Shown in pieces: positions 1 through 10,644 of a stretch of DNA of 42,138 nucleotides; within the stretch, counting starts at the first letter, position 1, and each line of letters opens with the position of its first letter. This stretch comes from a virus (lineage: Duplodnaviria; Caudoviricetes), in IMG/VR virus record IMGVR_UViG_3300014818_000015, positions 1 to 42,138 of that record, one strand, 5' to 3'. The position numbers were made by a program, and so were the translations under genes. The notes below the pieces were generated by a model. The model ran no database searches. It saw only the letters and a program-made list of their open reading frames with translations, and was not told the DNA's origin.

Positions 1-3000
1 TTCTGTTGCAGAAGATATGCCAGTGATATGACCGTACGTATCAAGAGTGATATCTTGAATATAGGTTCTTCCTGAGTTATTCACAGAAGCTTGTGTGGAT
101 GTATCAGAATGAGCAATGGCTATGGTATCACCAGCTGTACCAGTAACTGTAATTCCTCCGCCGCCGTTTAGGTACAACGTATCATTGTTAATATCTGCAA
201 CGGCAGTATCACCTGTTGATGGATTTATATTCTTAAAGATGTTCTGGCTTGAACCTTTATCGGTATTTGCGTATGTTACCGTAGTATTTCCTGCCTGATC
301 CGCTGTAAATGTTCCGCTTCCGCTCATACCGCTTCCGGAACTTAATGTCAAAGTACCGTTATTAGGTGCAGTTGTATTAGTAGCTCCATTTGCAACGTTT
401 AGAGCTGTTCTTACTTGAGCCGGGGTCGAAGGACGCATATAATTATCGGTCCCAGTATCAACCTGGGTCATCATATAACCAATACTTGCGTTGGTTGTAT
501 CATATTCTGATCTAAACAACCTAGCGCTAATATCACCACTTGTATCTCTATAAGCAATAGTACTAGCGGTAGAAGCTGTTGTTGCATTAGACGTTACAGT
601 AAATGTCGTATTAGATGATTGATTAGCCGTTGCATCCATTGAACCACTTAAACCAAAGCCTGATGTACGACCATAAATTTGTCCATTACCTATTGATACT
701 GTAGCTGAGTTTATCGATGTGATATGTCCGTATGTATCAAGTGTGATGTCTTGAATAAAATCATTACTTGAGTTATCCACTGAAGCTTGAGTAGATGTAT
801 CAGCGTGAGATATTGTTAAAACATCATCTGCCGTAAAGTTAGATGTTATTCCGCCACCAGATGCAATCGTAAGGGTATCGCCTGAAGTAATACTATATTG
901 TGTGGTATCGCCATCTTTAATATTCCAGGATACGTAATTATCTAGTGTTGGTAGCGTAGCAGTAGATGCTGTTGCTCCTGTGACATGGCCATAGGTATCA
1001 AAGGTTAACGCCATATCCTGAATAAAGGTGTGCCCTGAATTATTCTGGCTTAAGTTAGCAACACTAGAAGTATTAGCATGAGATATAGTAATAATATCAT
1101 CCGCTGTGCCGACTGTATTAATTCCTCCCCCAGCTGTAAGGTATAGGCTATCACTGTTATTATCAGCAGAAGCAGTGATCCCGGTTGATGGAATCACATT
1201 CTTAAAGATATTCTGGCTTGAACCTTTATCGGTGTTAGTAACTGCAAAGGTCAAATCAAACGGATCAGCATCAGAACCAGGTGTTACGTCAGACCAATTA
1301 ATATCGATTGACGCACCACTTCCTGCTCCTTCTACGAATTTCCATTCTTTACCTTGATTAATCGTAACTTCTGTACCATCACCATCTTCTACCTGGAATG
1401 ATCTCGTGTATATATTATCTAAATCGTAAGAAGTGCCTGATGTAACATGACCTTGAGGATTAACTGTGATGTTTGCAACTACGATACCGTCGGAACCAGC
1501 GCCGCCTATAACACCAGCCGTTCCTACATTATCATGGTTAAACGTAATGGTATCACTAGATCTAACTGATGTTATTGCTGTACCACCTGATAGATTAAGT
1601 GTGTCATTATTGATATTAGCGGTTGCTGTACCACCTGAGTTAGCAGTAACGTTCTTAAAGATTGCTTGACTTGAACCTTTATCGCCGTTAGTTATTGTAA
1701 CATCAATATCATTACCGCTTGTTGATGTTACAATACCAATGCCACTTCCGTTAACGAAATCTAGGTTATTGCTCGATGCGAACGTGTTACCTTCGATAGT
1801 CGGTGAAACCAACGTATCTTCTGATAATATTAATGATCCATCTGCTTCCCATCGATCAGTAGCAAAGTTATATACTATCGAATGAGCTCCGGTTATTCCT
1901 GAAGCTGGATTAGAATGAACTCCTGCGAATGGTAATGTTTCAAAACCAAATCCGCCTGTTGTAGGTTCTGTTGATCCTAGATTGCTACCTGTAAGTATTA
2001 AGGTGTCCTCAACTTCTAATGTTTCTACGTTTAGCGTAGTTTGCGTTCCGTTAACTATTAGGTTGCCGCCGATAGTAAGATCACCCGTTGTTACAACGGT
2101 ATCCCCTGATCCATTACCTAGAGTAGTGTTTCCGTTAACACCAAGGTTACCAGCAAGAGTTATAGAATCATTTAAGTTAACCGTCTTAACTGCGCCTTCA
2201 GTGTCCGCTCCAGTAACTGTAATATTTGTTCCAGAGTTAACGTCTGCTACATAGTTGCCTGTAGTGTCAGTACCAAGAGCAACCGAGTTAGGCTGTATTG
2301 TTAATGCAAAAGACTTATCAGCTAAGTTAGTAATTGTTCCTGATCCTGTAACGTCACCTGTGAAGGTAAGCGTTGGATCGTTAACATTGAAGTCAAAGTT
2401 TTCGTTAGTAGAATCCCATGAAACGTTAATCCCTGATTCTGCGTTACTAGATATTAGGTCTTTAGCATTATAGAAAGTTACTATATCAGTTGTGTGACTA
2501 ATACCTGAATCATTTAAACCCTGTAATTGCCAAGCCCTTGCTGGATTAGTTGCTGAAGTTCCATCCGCGTGGTTTTCGTCCCATTGTAATCTAACGTCAG
2601 AGGTATCATCTATTTCTGTTACGTGTTGTCTATCTACACTAAATCCTTGTAGCGGTACGTTGCCGTCTACCTCTAAAAACGATACAGAGAAGATGTTAAT
2701 ATTGGATGTGCTACCAGGTAACAAAAGACTTGAGTTAGAAAGATCTAACGTAGTACCCGTTCCGAAAGTCATGGTATCAGCATTTGTTCCAGCATCAACA
2801 AATTGTACGTTACCTTTAAGCTGAAGCTGACTTGTTATAACCTGTTGTGTTGTGCTTGTAAGATCTACTTTTTCTGTTTCAAGTTCTACTATAGCTGACG
2901 AGATGTTCGTAGCGCTAAGACCCGTGAAATTCATGTCACCAATCTGGGTTTCGTGTTCCGCGATTGCGCCGCTTACTGTACTCGCTGTAGTACCCATTGT

Positions 3001-5124
3001 AGCGGAGGTAACATCGCCAAGCTCATCATGTAATTGAACCAAAGCACCTGTTATAGTATCGGTATCTCCATCAATGCCCGTGATATCAACATCGCCAATC
3101 TGATCTTCATGTTCTCTGATAGCTGTAACAACAGTAGTAGCACTGGTACCCATATTGGTATCGGTAACATCACCAAGCTCATCGTGCAATTGAACCAAAG
3201 CCCCCGTTATAGTATCGGTATCTCCATCAATGCCCGTGATATCAACATCACCGATTTGATCTTCATGTTCTTTGATAGCTGTAACAACAGTAGTAGCACT
3301 GGTACCCATTGTAGCGGAGGTAACATCACCAAGCTCATCTGTGATTTCTTTGATAGCTGTAACGACGGTGCTAGCATCGGTACCCATTGTAGCGGAGGTA
3401 ACATCACCAAGCTCATCGTGCAATTGAACCAAAGCCCCCGTTATAGTATCGGTATCTCCATCAATGCCCGTGATATCAACATCACCGATTTGATCCTCAT
3501 GCTCTCTGATAGCTGTAACGACGGTGCTAGCATCGGTACCCATATTGGTATCGGTAACATCGCCTATATCTACAGTGATCTCATCAACCGCAGATTTAAA
3601 ATCCTCAGCATCTAAGACAGGGAAATCGACACCAGATACGAATAATTCTGTGTGTAACTCATTAATAGAATCTACAATAGATGTCTTATCTGCGGTTAGT
3701 AAAGATGTCCTGGATCTTTTTGTTCCGCCTGGAGCATTGAATAAATCTGCTTCTAATTCATTAACTGCTTGAGTTAAATCCGTTCCTGAAGTGTGTAGAG
3801 TTAATGAACCAACTTCACTGTGCAACTGATTAAGAGCACCTGTGATCGTATCTGATTCTGAATCGATATCATCAATGCTTTCATTACCGATCTGATCCTC
3901 ATGTTCTCTTACAGCAGAGGTTAAGTTAGATGCTGTTGTGCCTAAGTTACCTGCAGTAACATTACCAACTTCTGTGTGTAATTGATCAAGCGCGCCCGTG
4001 ATGTTATTAGTACCTGAAGAAATTCCAGTAATATTAACATTACCAATCTGGGTTTCGTGTTCCGCGATTGCGCCGCTTACTGTACTCGCTGTAGTACCCA
4101 TTGCAGCTGATGTTATAGTACCTAATTCAGCATCATGCTCATTGATAGCAGTAACTAGGCTAATAGCAGCAGTTGTTAAGTTTTCAGTAATACCGACATC
4201 ATCTTGTAATTCGTTAAGAGCTGCAACAATATCCATAGAGAATATCTGAATATCCTCTGATCCGCTTGCTGGTGAATTTAGTTCAATAGTATGACCGAAG
4301 GTGTTATCTAATAGAGTAATTGCTCCATGATTAGCAGCTGGTATTGTATCTGTACTTCCCAAAAGTCTAACAATAGATCCTGCTGAAAACGTTCCACTAA
4401 CTGTTTTTAATTTTAAAGAGGTTGGTGTACATTCTAAAACCGTACCCCAGAAAGCGCTATTGGCTTCAACGCCGGACTGTGTAGATTGGGATGTACCGTG
4501 ATATACAGTAGAACCCTCGGTGAATTTACCGACTGAAGGAGAACCTGTTAAAGTAACAGAAGCTCCATGGTTAGCAATATGGAAGCCATTAACGTCTGTA
4601 ATACTTTGGGAAACTTCAACTGAATCCCTGTATACTCTAACTACACCTATCGGATAAGATTCAGCTATAATTCTAACTACGTTACTAGAAGATATGGTAT
4701 CAGCTGCAACGTTAATATCAATTGAAGAAGAAAAACTACCAGTACCGTTTTTCATTAAGATCTTTTCAGAACTTACAGAAATGATTGTAGCTGAATAAGA
4801 TGGTGCGCCAGAAGCACCCTGAAACAATGTAACACCAGGTACGAAAGATGCTGGAATAGAGGGTGAGTCTACCAGTATGATATACCCGCCGGTGTTATCA
4901 ATGGTGTTTTCAGGACTTAGCTCAAAACGAATAGTTTTTGAGTCATTATCTAATCCTGTTAATATGTTTATGCCAGAAGCAGGATTAGCAAAGTTGTATG
5001 TTTTATCCGACAAACTATTATTTAATTGATTATTATCCCCGAGGTGTAGAGATACTTCGTTTGAAAGCTTTCTCCATTGTTCTAGGGTATTTGACTTTAT
5101 TACTCTCGTTTCTTTGTTCGCCAT
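1..5124 (-). CDS. Long tail fibre / fibre-like protein, 3'-truncated by window edge (>1700 aa)
   Basis: Absent from the ORF track because it has no stop in the window. ATG at 5124 overlaps the upstream stop (TAATG). Starts MANKETRVIKSNTLEQWRKLSNE; the segments I translated are in frame, down to base 1 (IQDITLDTYGHITGISSATE). Contains 26-aa repeats and DITLDTYGHIT / DKGSSQNIFKN fibre repeats; lies downstream of baseplate genes. Confidence 0.85.
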   Translation of the reverse strand, partial: MANKETRVIKSNTLEQWRKLSNEVSLHLGDNNQLNNSLSDKTYNFANPASGINILTGLDNDSKTIRFELSPENTIDNTGGYIILVDSPSIPASFVPGVTLFQGASGAPSYSATIISVSSEKILMKNGTGSFSSSIDINVAADTISSSNVVRIIAESYPIGVVRVYRDSVEVSQSITDVNGFHIANHGASVTLTGSPSVGKFTEGSTVYHGTSQSTQSGVEANSAFWGTVLECTPTSLKLKTVSGTFSAGSIVRLLGSTDTIPAANHGAITLLDNTFGHTIELNSPASGSEDIQIFSMDIVAALNELQDDVGITENLTTAAISLVTAINEHDAELGTITSAAMGTTASTVSGAIAEHETQIGNVNITGISSGTNNITGALDQLHTEVGNVTAGNLGTTASNLTSAVREHEDQIGNESIDDIDSESDTITGALNQLHSEVGSLTLHTSGTDLTQAVNELEADLFNAPGGTKRSRTSLLTADKTSIVDSINELHTELFVSGVDFPVLDAEDFKSAVDEITVDIGDVTDTNMGTDASTVVTAIREHEDQIGDVDITGIDGDTDTITGALVQLHDELGDVTSATMGTDASTVVTAIKEITDELGDVTSATMGTSATTVVTAIKEHEDQIGDVDITGIDGDTDTITGALVQLHDELGDVTDTNMGTSATTVVTAIREHEDQIGDVDITGIDGDTDTITGALVQLHDELGDVTSATMGTTASTVSGAIAEHETQIGDMNFTGLSATNISSAIVELETEKVDLTSTTQQVITSQLQLKGNVQFVDAGTNADTMTFGTGTTLDLSNSSLLLPGSTSNINIFSVSFLEVDGNVPLQGFSVDRQHVTEIDDTSDVRLQWDENHADGTSATNPARAWQLQGLNDSGISHTTDIVTFYNAKDLISSNAESGINVSWDSTNENFDFNVNDPTLTFTGDVTGSGTITNLADKSFALTIQPNSVALGTDTTGNYVADVNSGTNITVTGADTEGAVKTVNLNDSITLAGNLGVNGNTTLGNGSGDTVVTTGDLTIGGNLIVNGTQTTLNVETLEVEDTLILTGSNLGSTEPTTGGFGFETLPFAGVHSNPASGITGAHSIVYNFATDRWEADGSLILSEDTLVSPTIEGNTFASSNNLDFVNGSGIGIVTSTSGNDIDVTITNGDKGSSQAIFKNVTANSGGTATANINNDTLNLSGGTAITSVRSSDTITFNHDNVGTAGVIGGAGSDGIVVANITVNPQGHVTSGTSYDLDNIYTRSFQVEDGDGTEVTINQGKEWKFVEGAGSGASIDINWSDVTPGSDADPFDLTFAVTNTDKGSSQNIFKNVIPSTGITASADNNSDSLYLTAGGGINTVGTADDIITISHANTSSVANLSQNNSGHTFIQDMALTFDTYGHVTGATASTATLPTLDNYVSWNIKDGDTTQYSITSGDTLTIASGGGITSNFTADDVLTISHADTSTQASVDNSSNDFIQDITLDTYGHITSINSATVSIGNGQIYGRTSGFGLSGSMDATANQSSNTTFTVTSNATTASTASTIAYRDTSGDISARLFRSEYDTTNASIGYMMTQVDTGTDNYMRPSTPAQVRTALNVANGATNTTAPNNGTLTLSSGSGMSGSGTFTADQAGNTTVTYANTDKGSSQNIFKNINPSTGDTAVADINNDTLYLNGGGGITVTGTAGDTIAIAHSDTSTQASVNNSGRTYIQDITLDTYGHITGISSATE
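2938..3570 (-). repeat. In-frame tandem array of 78-bp (26-aa) modules in the fibre gene
   Basis: AATTGAACCAAAGC recurs at 3032, 3188 and 3422 (spacings 156 and 234 = 2x78 and 3x78). Modules GDVT(SAT/DTN)MGT..TVVTAI.EHEDQI and GDVDITGIDGDTDTITGALVQLHDEL are near-identical at DNA level. Confidence 0.9.
4042..4103. repeat. 62-bp exact direct repeat of 2938-2999
   Basis: ACCAATCTGGGTTTCGTGTTCCGCG...GTAGTACCCATTG is present at both sites, 1104 bp (368 codons) apart. Confidence 0.9.
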
Positions 5125-5360
5125 TATTTACTCGCTAATTCTTTTAGAAGGTTTTTGATATCCTGCATATCCTTTTTGAGAAGCTTAATATCCAGACTTT
5201 GCTGAATATCGAGTTCCTCCTTTAACTTCAGTGTCGCGATCTGAGAACGTCTCTGCAGGAATGCATTGTTATTAGTATTTATGATAGCATTAGAAGCGTT
5301 ATCCCTAATTAGCCCTGGATTATCCTCCACGGCTATGATTTCTTTTTTCTTTCTGGCCAA
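5124..5360 (-). CDS. Small hypothetical protein of the T4-like tail module
   Basis: 78 aa, GLIRD..SNAIINT motif and C-terminal coiled coil; AGGAG upstream; translationally coupled to the fibre gene. Confidence 0.75.
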   Translation of the reverse strand: MARKKKEIIAVEDNPGLIRDNASNAIINTNNNAFLQRRSQIATLKLKEELDIQQSLDIKLLKKDMQDIKNLLKELASK

Positions 5361-5377
5361 AGTAACATTCTCCTATA

Positions 5378-8300
5378 TTAAGTAGCTGCGATAGCTCTAA
5401 AGTCTTTAACTACAGGAACTGATGAGCTATTAGCGGATCTAAGAACTATCTTAAATGCCATAGAACCAAAACTTCCTGTAGGATCTATACTATATTTAGC
5501 CTCTTCTAAACTACCAGAATCGCTAACCGGTATTTCTTCTGTTGAAGTAGCTAAGATCCAATCAATAGAATCGAAATCATTATCTTCACCAGCTCCTACT
5601 GTTTTATAGTATAAATCAATTGAAGAACCTGAAGGCCTTGCTGCAGATAGATATACATCTATAACATCGGCTTCTTCTGATAGATCGATCTTTCTTGTGA
5701 TGTACTTAGCAAGCTCAGATCCACCTGTTGCCGATGTTTCAGCAATATAGTTAGAATAAGCAGACTGATTATTTTGAGCATCCCCGATTATATTTTGGAT
5801 CGTAACTACTGAGCATCGATCCATATCAATAACAGGTGATAACAAACTAGATGTACTGGTAAGAACCGCTCTGATTTTAAGGGACTTAACGTTACCCATA
5901 TTATTAAGTTCTACAGATGAAGAACCAATAACCTTAGGACCCGAGAAATTAGTAGTTGAGTTAGATAGTATTTCAAATTCATCCTGAACCTGATAAGCTG
6001 CTTCTGAACCATCAATAGATTGCTGACTGAATGGTGTAGCAAAGAATCTTATTTCTGTACCAGGTACTTGGATATTGCTAATGATGTTATGTAAAGAATC
6101 AAAATGCATGTTCTGTGTAGCTGTTATATCAGATGAAGCGTTATATCCCGTTGATCCCGTTGATGAAGCATTTTGTGCTACTGTGATAATATATGAATCA
6201 TGCTCAACCGATGATACGGTATAAGACCCGTTAAACGTAGTTACACCGTTACCCGTAGCACTTCCTGCAATAGTAACTGAGCTTCCGTTAGCGTGCATAC
6301 CGTGGTTTTTATGTGATACCCTTACCTCAGCAGAACCATTAGTAGTATAGAAAGGATTTCCTTTTAATACTTTAGCCGGTATAACATCGTTAACCAAAGT
6401 TATTTCAGATGAAGTACCAACGCTAAACTCTGCTCTTTTTAATCTAAACTTAAGATCTTTAGATTGCTCAGGAGTCCAAGTTGAGGCATTTTGAGATGTA
6501 AAGAATGATCCACCAAATGGTTGTTTAGTGATTCTATAACTAGCATCAGTTAGATCGAATCCGCCCATTTCCGCAACGTATACCTCATACTCTTCGCAGT
6601 TGGATTTAATAACAATCGCGTATTCCTGATCCTGCTGTAAGTATACAGGGTATTCAAAACCGAATGATGTTGAAACACTAGCATCTGCAGAGATACTAAC
6701 CGAAGCTGGTTTTAAATTAACTTCTGTTCCCGGTACTACCTTCTGTGTTGGCGTACCATTTTCAACAGTTCTTATAGAAACGCTAACAGGTACTGCTGTT
6801 TTAACAGCTTTAGTTTTAAAGAATAAATCAATTCCGGTAGCGAATATTCCACCCTTAGTTGTAATCAGCATTGTTTCTGCTAATGGATCTTCCCATACAG
6901 TAGATTCTGATACGCTAGTTTGCGATATATTTCTGCTTTCTCCCACCTCCGATGTAACAAATCTTGGCACCTTCGTTGAGATGATCGTAGACTGTACAGA
7001 CTCTATTAAACCTTGTGCGAAGAATTGGGTATCTGCTGAAGTAGATTCTAATGAATCCGAAGCATTATTCGTTGGAGAATCCGATAACTTAAATTCTTTA
7101 ACGCCACACTTGAATCTCATAGAGTTGTTTCTGGGTATAACGAACGTTCCTGAACATTCTCCCGAAGCATCAGTTACGAGCGAGCCACTGCCAGATCCTG
7201 GGTGGGATGTAACCCCTGAGTATTCCAAAACGTTGGTGAGCTCTGACCAAATTGCAAAAGCTTCTTGCTTACAGAACGTTGTAACCTCTGTGTTATTAAA
7301 GAAAGCATAAACCTTAGTGTTAGGCTTAAGTAACTCGGCTTTGAAGTAAATCTTTCTTGATCTCATGAATGGTACAAAGTTAACTTCAAGAACTCTTGAA
7401 CCTAGATTTTTAGTTACGACGTCCGTAACCATGTCGGTTCTTAAACCTGATCTGGATTGATTTCCTGTTGTTGTTGTTGTTGTCCTAACGTTTCGTCCTC
7501 TTCCTCCCCCGCCTCCCGCGAACTCCCAACCGTTCCAAGTCCAATCACCTGTACTCGTAGAAACGTCTCTTCCTGTCCAATTGGTTTCCCATTCGTTCCA
7601 AATTGTTCCTAGTATTCCAGATTCTTCTGCTTGAGCAACTAATTGATCGTACATCCCGTCATCATCGATAATAAGAGAAGGACGAACATCAACTTCCTTC
7701 CATTCATCAGAATCTGGAGATAGTTTAACCGTTCCTTTCCATGAAAATACATTGTATGGGTTAACGTTAATATTAAAGCTTGAGTATGGCTGATCTATAT
7801 GGTTAACTGACGTGAATGGCATAGTGACTACAGAGTCATTCTTAACAGCCGTACCTGTATCGCCAGCTTTTCTGATTAAGTTAGTATTTCTTTCGTCGAA
7901 TTTAGGTCTAAGTAAACCGTTTTCTTTATCGATAGAACATTTATAGTCGGGGTTAGAAACGTCACCAACGTTATGTCCTTTGAAAGAATCTACCAAGAAA
8001 CCATTCTTAAATCTGCTAAATCCTGATGCATCAACCATATGTGAATCTGAAGCTGTTTGCTCAAGAAGAGATAGTGACGTATAATATTCCAGCGTCTTAA
8101 CTCGTTTATCGATAGCACCTATATCTCTCATTGTGTATCTTTTGTTATCTATAATAACGGGTCTAACATCAGCAACAGAGAATATGTAAGGGCTAAGCTC
8201 GAGATTATATAACGTCATTGCATCATCCCGATCTTCAGGAGCCTTAGGATTATTTGCAGGTACGCCTTGCGTGATACCGAATAACCCTTCTCTCGTTACA

Positions 8301-10630
8301 TATAATTTATCAATTCTAGGAAGATAGTAAGTAATGTCAGATAGTAATGCATGACCCGGTTTTGGCGGAGCTGATAATGAAGCGCCAACACCTGTACTGA
8401 ATTCGGATCCAACAGTAATAGATCCTGATGAAGCTTTAACCGGTCTAAAATCTATACAATCTCTTAATTGTACTACTCCCTGGATACTATTAAAAGACCC
8501 AATAGTATCGTAATCCTCTGTTGGGTATGAATCAACAGTAAAGTAATCGCCTGAGCCGTGCGAGTAGTAATCCATTGTAACTACCATTGTTCCAGTATTA
8601 ACCGCTGATGTACCACCAACTTTTACTATTTTACCTTCATCATAGAAGTTATCACGCTGTCCGTTATCAAGGGTGAAACTAGAGGTAACGTTGTTACCGC
8701 CGGCATCTACAATTGAAACGATCTTAATAATATCACTCTTATCTAAATTATACGATACCGCATTTCCATCAGTAACCGTGATGTTTTTTGTTTGTGCAGC
8801 TTGTCTTGTTTTAGCTTTTTGTGCTAATGTTTTTTGAACACTCGATATGATCTTAATAGAAACCCCATCGCTAATGCCAAGAGCTGCAGCATTAAATACT
8901 AGTGTTGTTGACCCGTTTGTTCCGCTCGTGATGTTTCCTGTGATACCTGTTGTAATAGCATCTGATGTTCCTGGAGAGATAATGATGTCTGTAATGTCTG
9001 TAAATGTGCCCTGACCTGAACCAACAGAGATCGAGAATGAGCCCGAAGCTGAGGTTGCAGTAAATACTTGTCTGACTTTATAAACGTTGTCGATCGAAGG
9101 ACTTGTTAAAGTTTTAATGGCATCATAAGGAAGTTTAAACACAACGCCATTTTGTCCCGTATCAAATCTGGTGCCAGGCGTAAATAGATTCGCGGAGAAT
9201 CCACCTGTCTGCCATACCTTGGCTACACTTGCGAATGACTGTGATGCGTTCATTGTAACGTCGAAGATGTAAAGCCTAACCGAATCCGAGAATGTTTCAA
9301 TACCTCTGGCACGAGCTGAACCTATAACGGTGTTGCCTGAGTTTCTTAATTGTATTGTGGTGAATGCCGATAAATCCGGTGCACCTTTCAGAGCTGCTTT
9401 TGCAAGCTTGACGTAGTTACCCACTCTAATAGGAGTAGCAGCTGTATTAGCATAAGCGGTAGAATCAGCGCCTCTTGGCTTAACTAGATCTACATACTTA
9501 GTTGCAATATTTTGATTTCTAAATCCCTGCACGTAAGCAACAGCAGGTTCAACCCCTATTGAAATCTTATCCGCTGATCCTCCCTGCGCCGCAGAATATT
9601 GACCAAAGTTTGTATTATCATCTAAATGTTCCTTAACCTCAATCTCAAATGGATTGACAGAGTAATCTCCAGACTCCTCTTTTGTTCTTCTAGCTAATCT
9701 AGCTGTTAACTCGGTATCATTATTTTCGTCTGTTTTATCAGTTTGTACCAATCCGTCCGTGATTGTCACTAGAGGTATATAGTTAGCAATACTTCTAGAT
9801 GCTAGATCCGTGCTTTCTTTAATAAGAGTAGTTGAGATCTGGTATCTGTTAGCGCCGGGTGCCGCCGTATTTGGTACACCCTGAGCATTATCAACTAACG
9901 TTATATCCGTTCCTGAATCTACGATGGACTCCGTTACCTGAAATCCTACTATGTAGGTTGGGGTATTCGAATACTTATCAAGTATAAGCGTTTCTTGAGG
10001 AACATAAGAGAAACATCCTGATATGAAGTATACACCTTCTTTAACGTGTACTGCAGAACCTACACCGATAGGATCAATAATAACAGATGGGGTGTTAGCA
10101 CCATCTATATTAGATCCTGCGCCGGTCATAGCGTATCTAACAGGTCCTCCGTCTGACACGAAGGTTTCCCCTTCTGCGAATGTCTCTACAGTTTTATTAG
10201 GTCCACCCTTGCTGAGGTACTTAACAAATAATGTGTTAGCATCGCCACCAGCAGTAGGAGCAAAACCAATAACTAGCGCTGTAACCTGATTTCCAGAATT
10301 GCCAGTACCTGTTATAGTAGTTCCCTTGAATTCAGAAAGATAGTTGTCCGTATTATAAGAAGTTGCACCGTAAACGAAAGATGATTCAACCTTGATGTAT
10401 TGATAATCAATATCTACTGAGACCTCTCCATTAACTACACGGGATCCATCTTTAAATGAGTATTGTCCATGTCTGTCAATTTGTGCTTGCAGAGCTGTTT
10501 GCATCTGCGTAAGCTCCCTCGCTTGAACAGCATGCCCCGGCCGATAGAGGATACGATGATAGTTTTTGGTTTCATCAAAATCATCATAATACGGTTTTAC
10601 GCTATAACTCTTAATTCTTGTTGTGCTCAT
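5378..10630 (-). CDS. Large virion structural/baseplate protein (DUF4815 / VrlC-like)
   Basis: 1750 aa; N-terminal PYYDDFD..KNYHRILYRPGHAVQARELTQMQ, plus APGANRY, LEYYTSLSLLE and RFKNGFLVDSF motifs typical of this family. Confidence 0.85.
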   Translation of the reverse strand: MSTTRIKSYSVKPYYDDFDETKNYHRILYRPGHAVQARELTQMQTALQAQIDRHGQYSFKDGSRVVNGEVSVDIDYQYIKVESSFVYGATSYNTDNYLSEFKGTTITGTGNSGNQVTALVIGFAPTAGGDANTLFVKYLSKGGPNKTVETFAEGETFVSDGGPVRYAMTGAGSNIDGANTPSVIIDPIGVGSAVHVKEGVYFISGCFSYVPQETLILDKYSNTPTYIVGFQVTESIVDSGTDITLVDNAQGVPNTAAPGANRYQISTTLIKESTDLASRSIANYIPLVTITDGLVQTDKTDENNDTELTARLARRTKEESGDYSVNPFEIEVKEHLDDNTNFGQYSAAQGGSADKISIGVEPAVAYVQGFRNQNIATKYVDLVKPRGADSTAYANTAATPIRVGNYVKLAKAALKGAPDLSAFTTIQLRNSGNTVIGSARARGIETFSDSVRLYIFDVTMNASQSFASVAKVWQTGGFSANLFTPGTRFDTGQNGVVFKLPYDAIKTLTSPSIDNVYKVRQVFTATSASGSFSISVGSGQGTFTDITDIIISPGTSDAITTGITGNITSGTNGSTTLVFNAAALGISDGVSIKIISSVQKTLAQKAKTRQAAQTKNITVTDGNAVSYNLDKSDIIKIVSIVDAGGNNVTSSFTLDNGQRDNFYDEGKIVKVGGTSAVNTGTMVVTMDYYSHGSGDYFTVDSYPTEDYDTIGSFNSIQGVVQLRDCIDFRPVKASSGSITVGSEFSTGVGASLSAPPKPGHALLSDITYYLPRIDKLYVTREGLFGITQGVPANNPKAPEDRDDAMTLYNLELSPYIFSVADVRPVIIDNKRYTMRDIGAIDKRVKTLEYYTSLSLLEQTASDSHMVDASGFSRFKNGFLVDSFKGHNVGDVSNPDYKCSIDKENGLLRPKFDERNTNLIRKAGDTGTAVKNDSVVTMPFTSVNHIDQPYSSFNINVNPYNVFSWKGTVKLSPDSDEWKEVDVRPSLIIDDDGMYDQLVAQAEESGILGTIWNEWETNWTGRDVSTSTGDWTWNGWEFAGGGGGRGRNVRTTTTTTGNQSRSGLRTDMVTDVVTKNLGSRVLEVNFVPFMRSRKIYFKAELLKPNTKVYAFFNNTEVTTFCKQEAFAIWSELTNVLEYSGVTSHPGSGSGSLVTDASGECSGTFVIPRNNSMRFKCGVKEFKLSDSPTNNASDSLESTSADTQFFAQGLIESVQSTIISTKVPRFVTSEVGESRNISQTSVSESTVWEDPLAETMLITTKGGIFATGIDLFFKTKAVKTAVPVSVSIRTVENGTPTQKVVPGTEVNLKPASVSISADASVSTSFGFEYPVYLQQDQEYAIVIKSNCEEYEVYVAEMGGFDLTDASYRITKQPFGGSFFTSQNASTWTPEQSKDLKFRLKRAEFSVGTSSEITLVNDVIPAKVLKGNPFYTTNGSAEVRVSHKNHGMHANGSSVTIAGSATGNGVTTFNGSYTVSSVEHDSYIITVAQNASSTGSTGYNASSDITATQNMHFDSLHNIISNIQVPGTEIRFFATPFSQQSIDGSEAAYQVQDEFEILSNSTTNFSGPKVIGSSSVELNNMGNVKSLKIRAVLTSTSSLLSPVIDMDRCSVVTIQNIIGDAQNNQSAYSNYIAETSATGGSELAKYITRKIDLSEEADVIDVYLSAARPSGSSIDLYYKTVGAGEDNDFDSIDWILATSTEEIPVSDSGSLEEAKYSIDPTGSFGSMAFKIVLRSANSSSVPVVKDFRAIAAT

Positions 10631-10644
10631 GGGTTCTCTCTTTT

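Noticed and set aside
2938-3570. Possible CRISPR array
   Set aside because: Units are multiples of 3, protein-coding and lack unique spacers; no cas genes in the window.
2938-4103. Possible DGR template/variable repeat pair
   Set aside because: The 62-bp copies are identical with no adenine-specific differences, and no reverse transcriptase is present in the window.
116-4249. Plus-strand ORFs including the repetitive 193-aa ORF at 3034-3615
   Set aside because: Antisense shadows of the long minus-strand fibre gene; their repeats come from the fibre modules.
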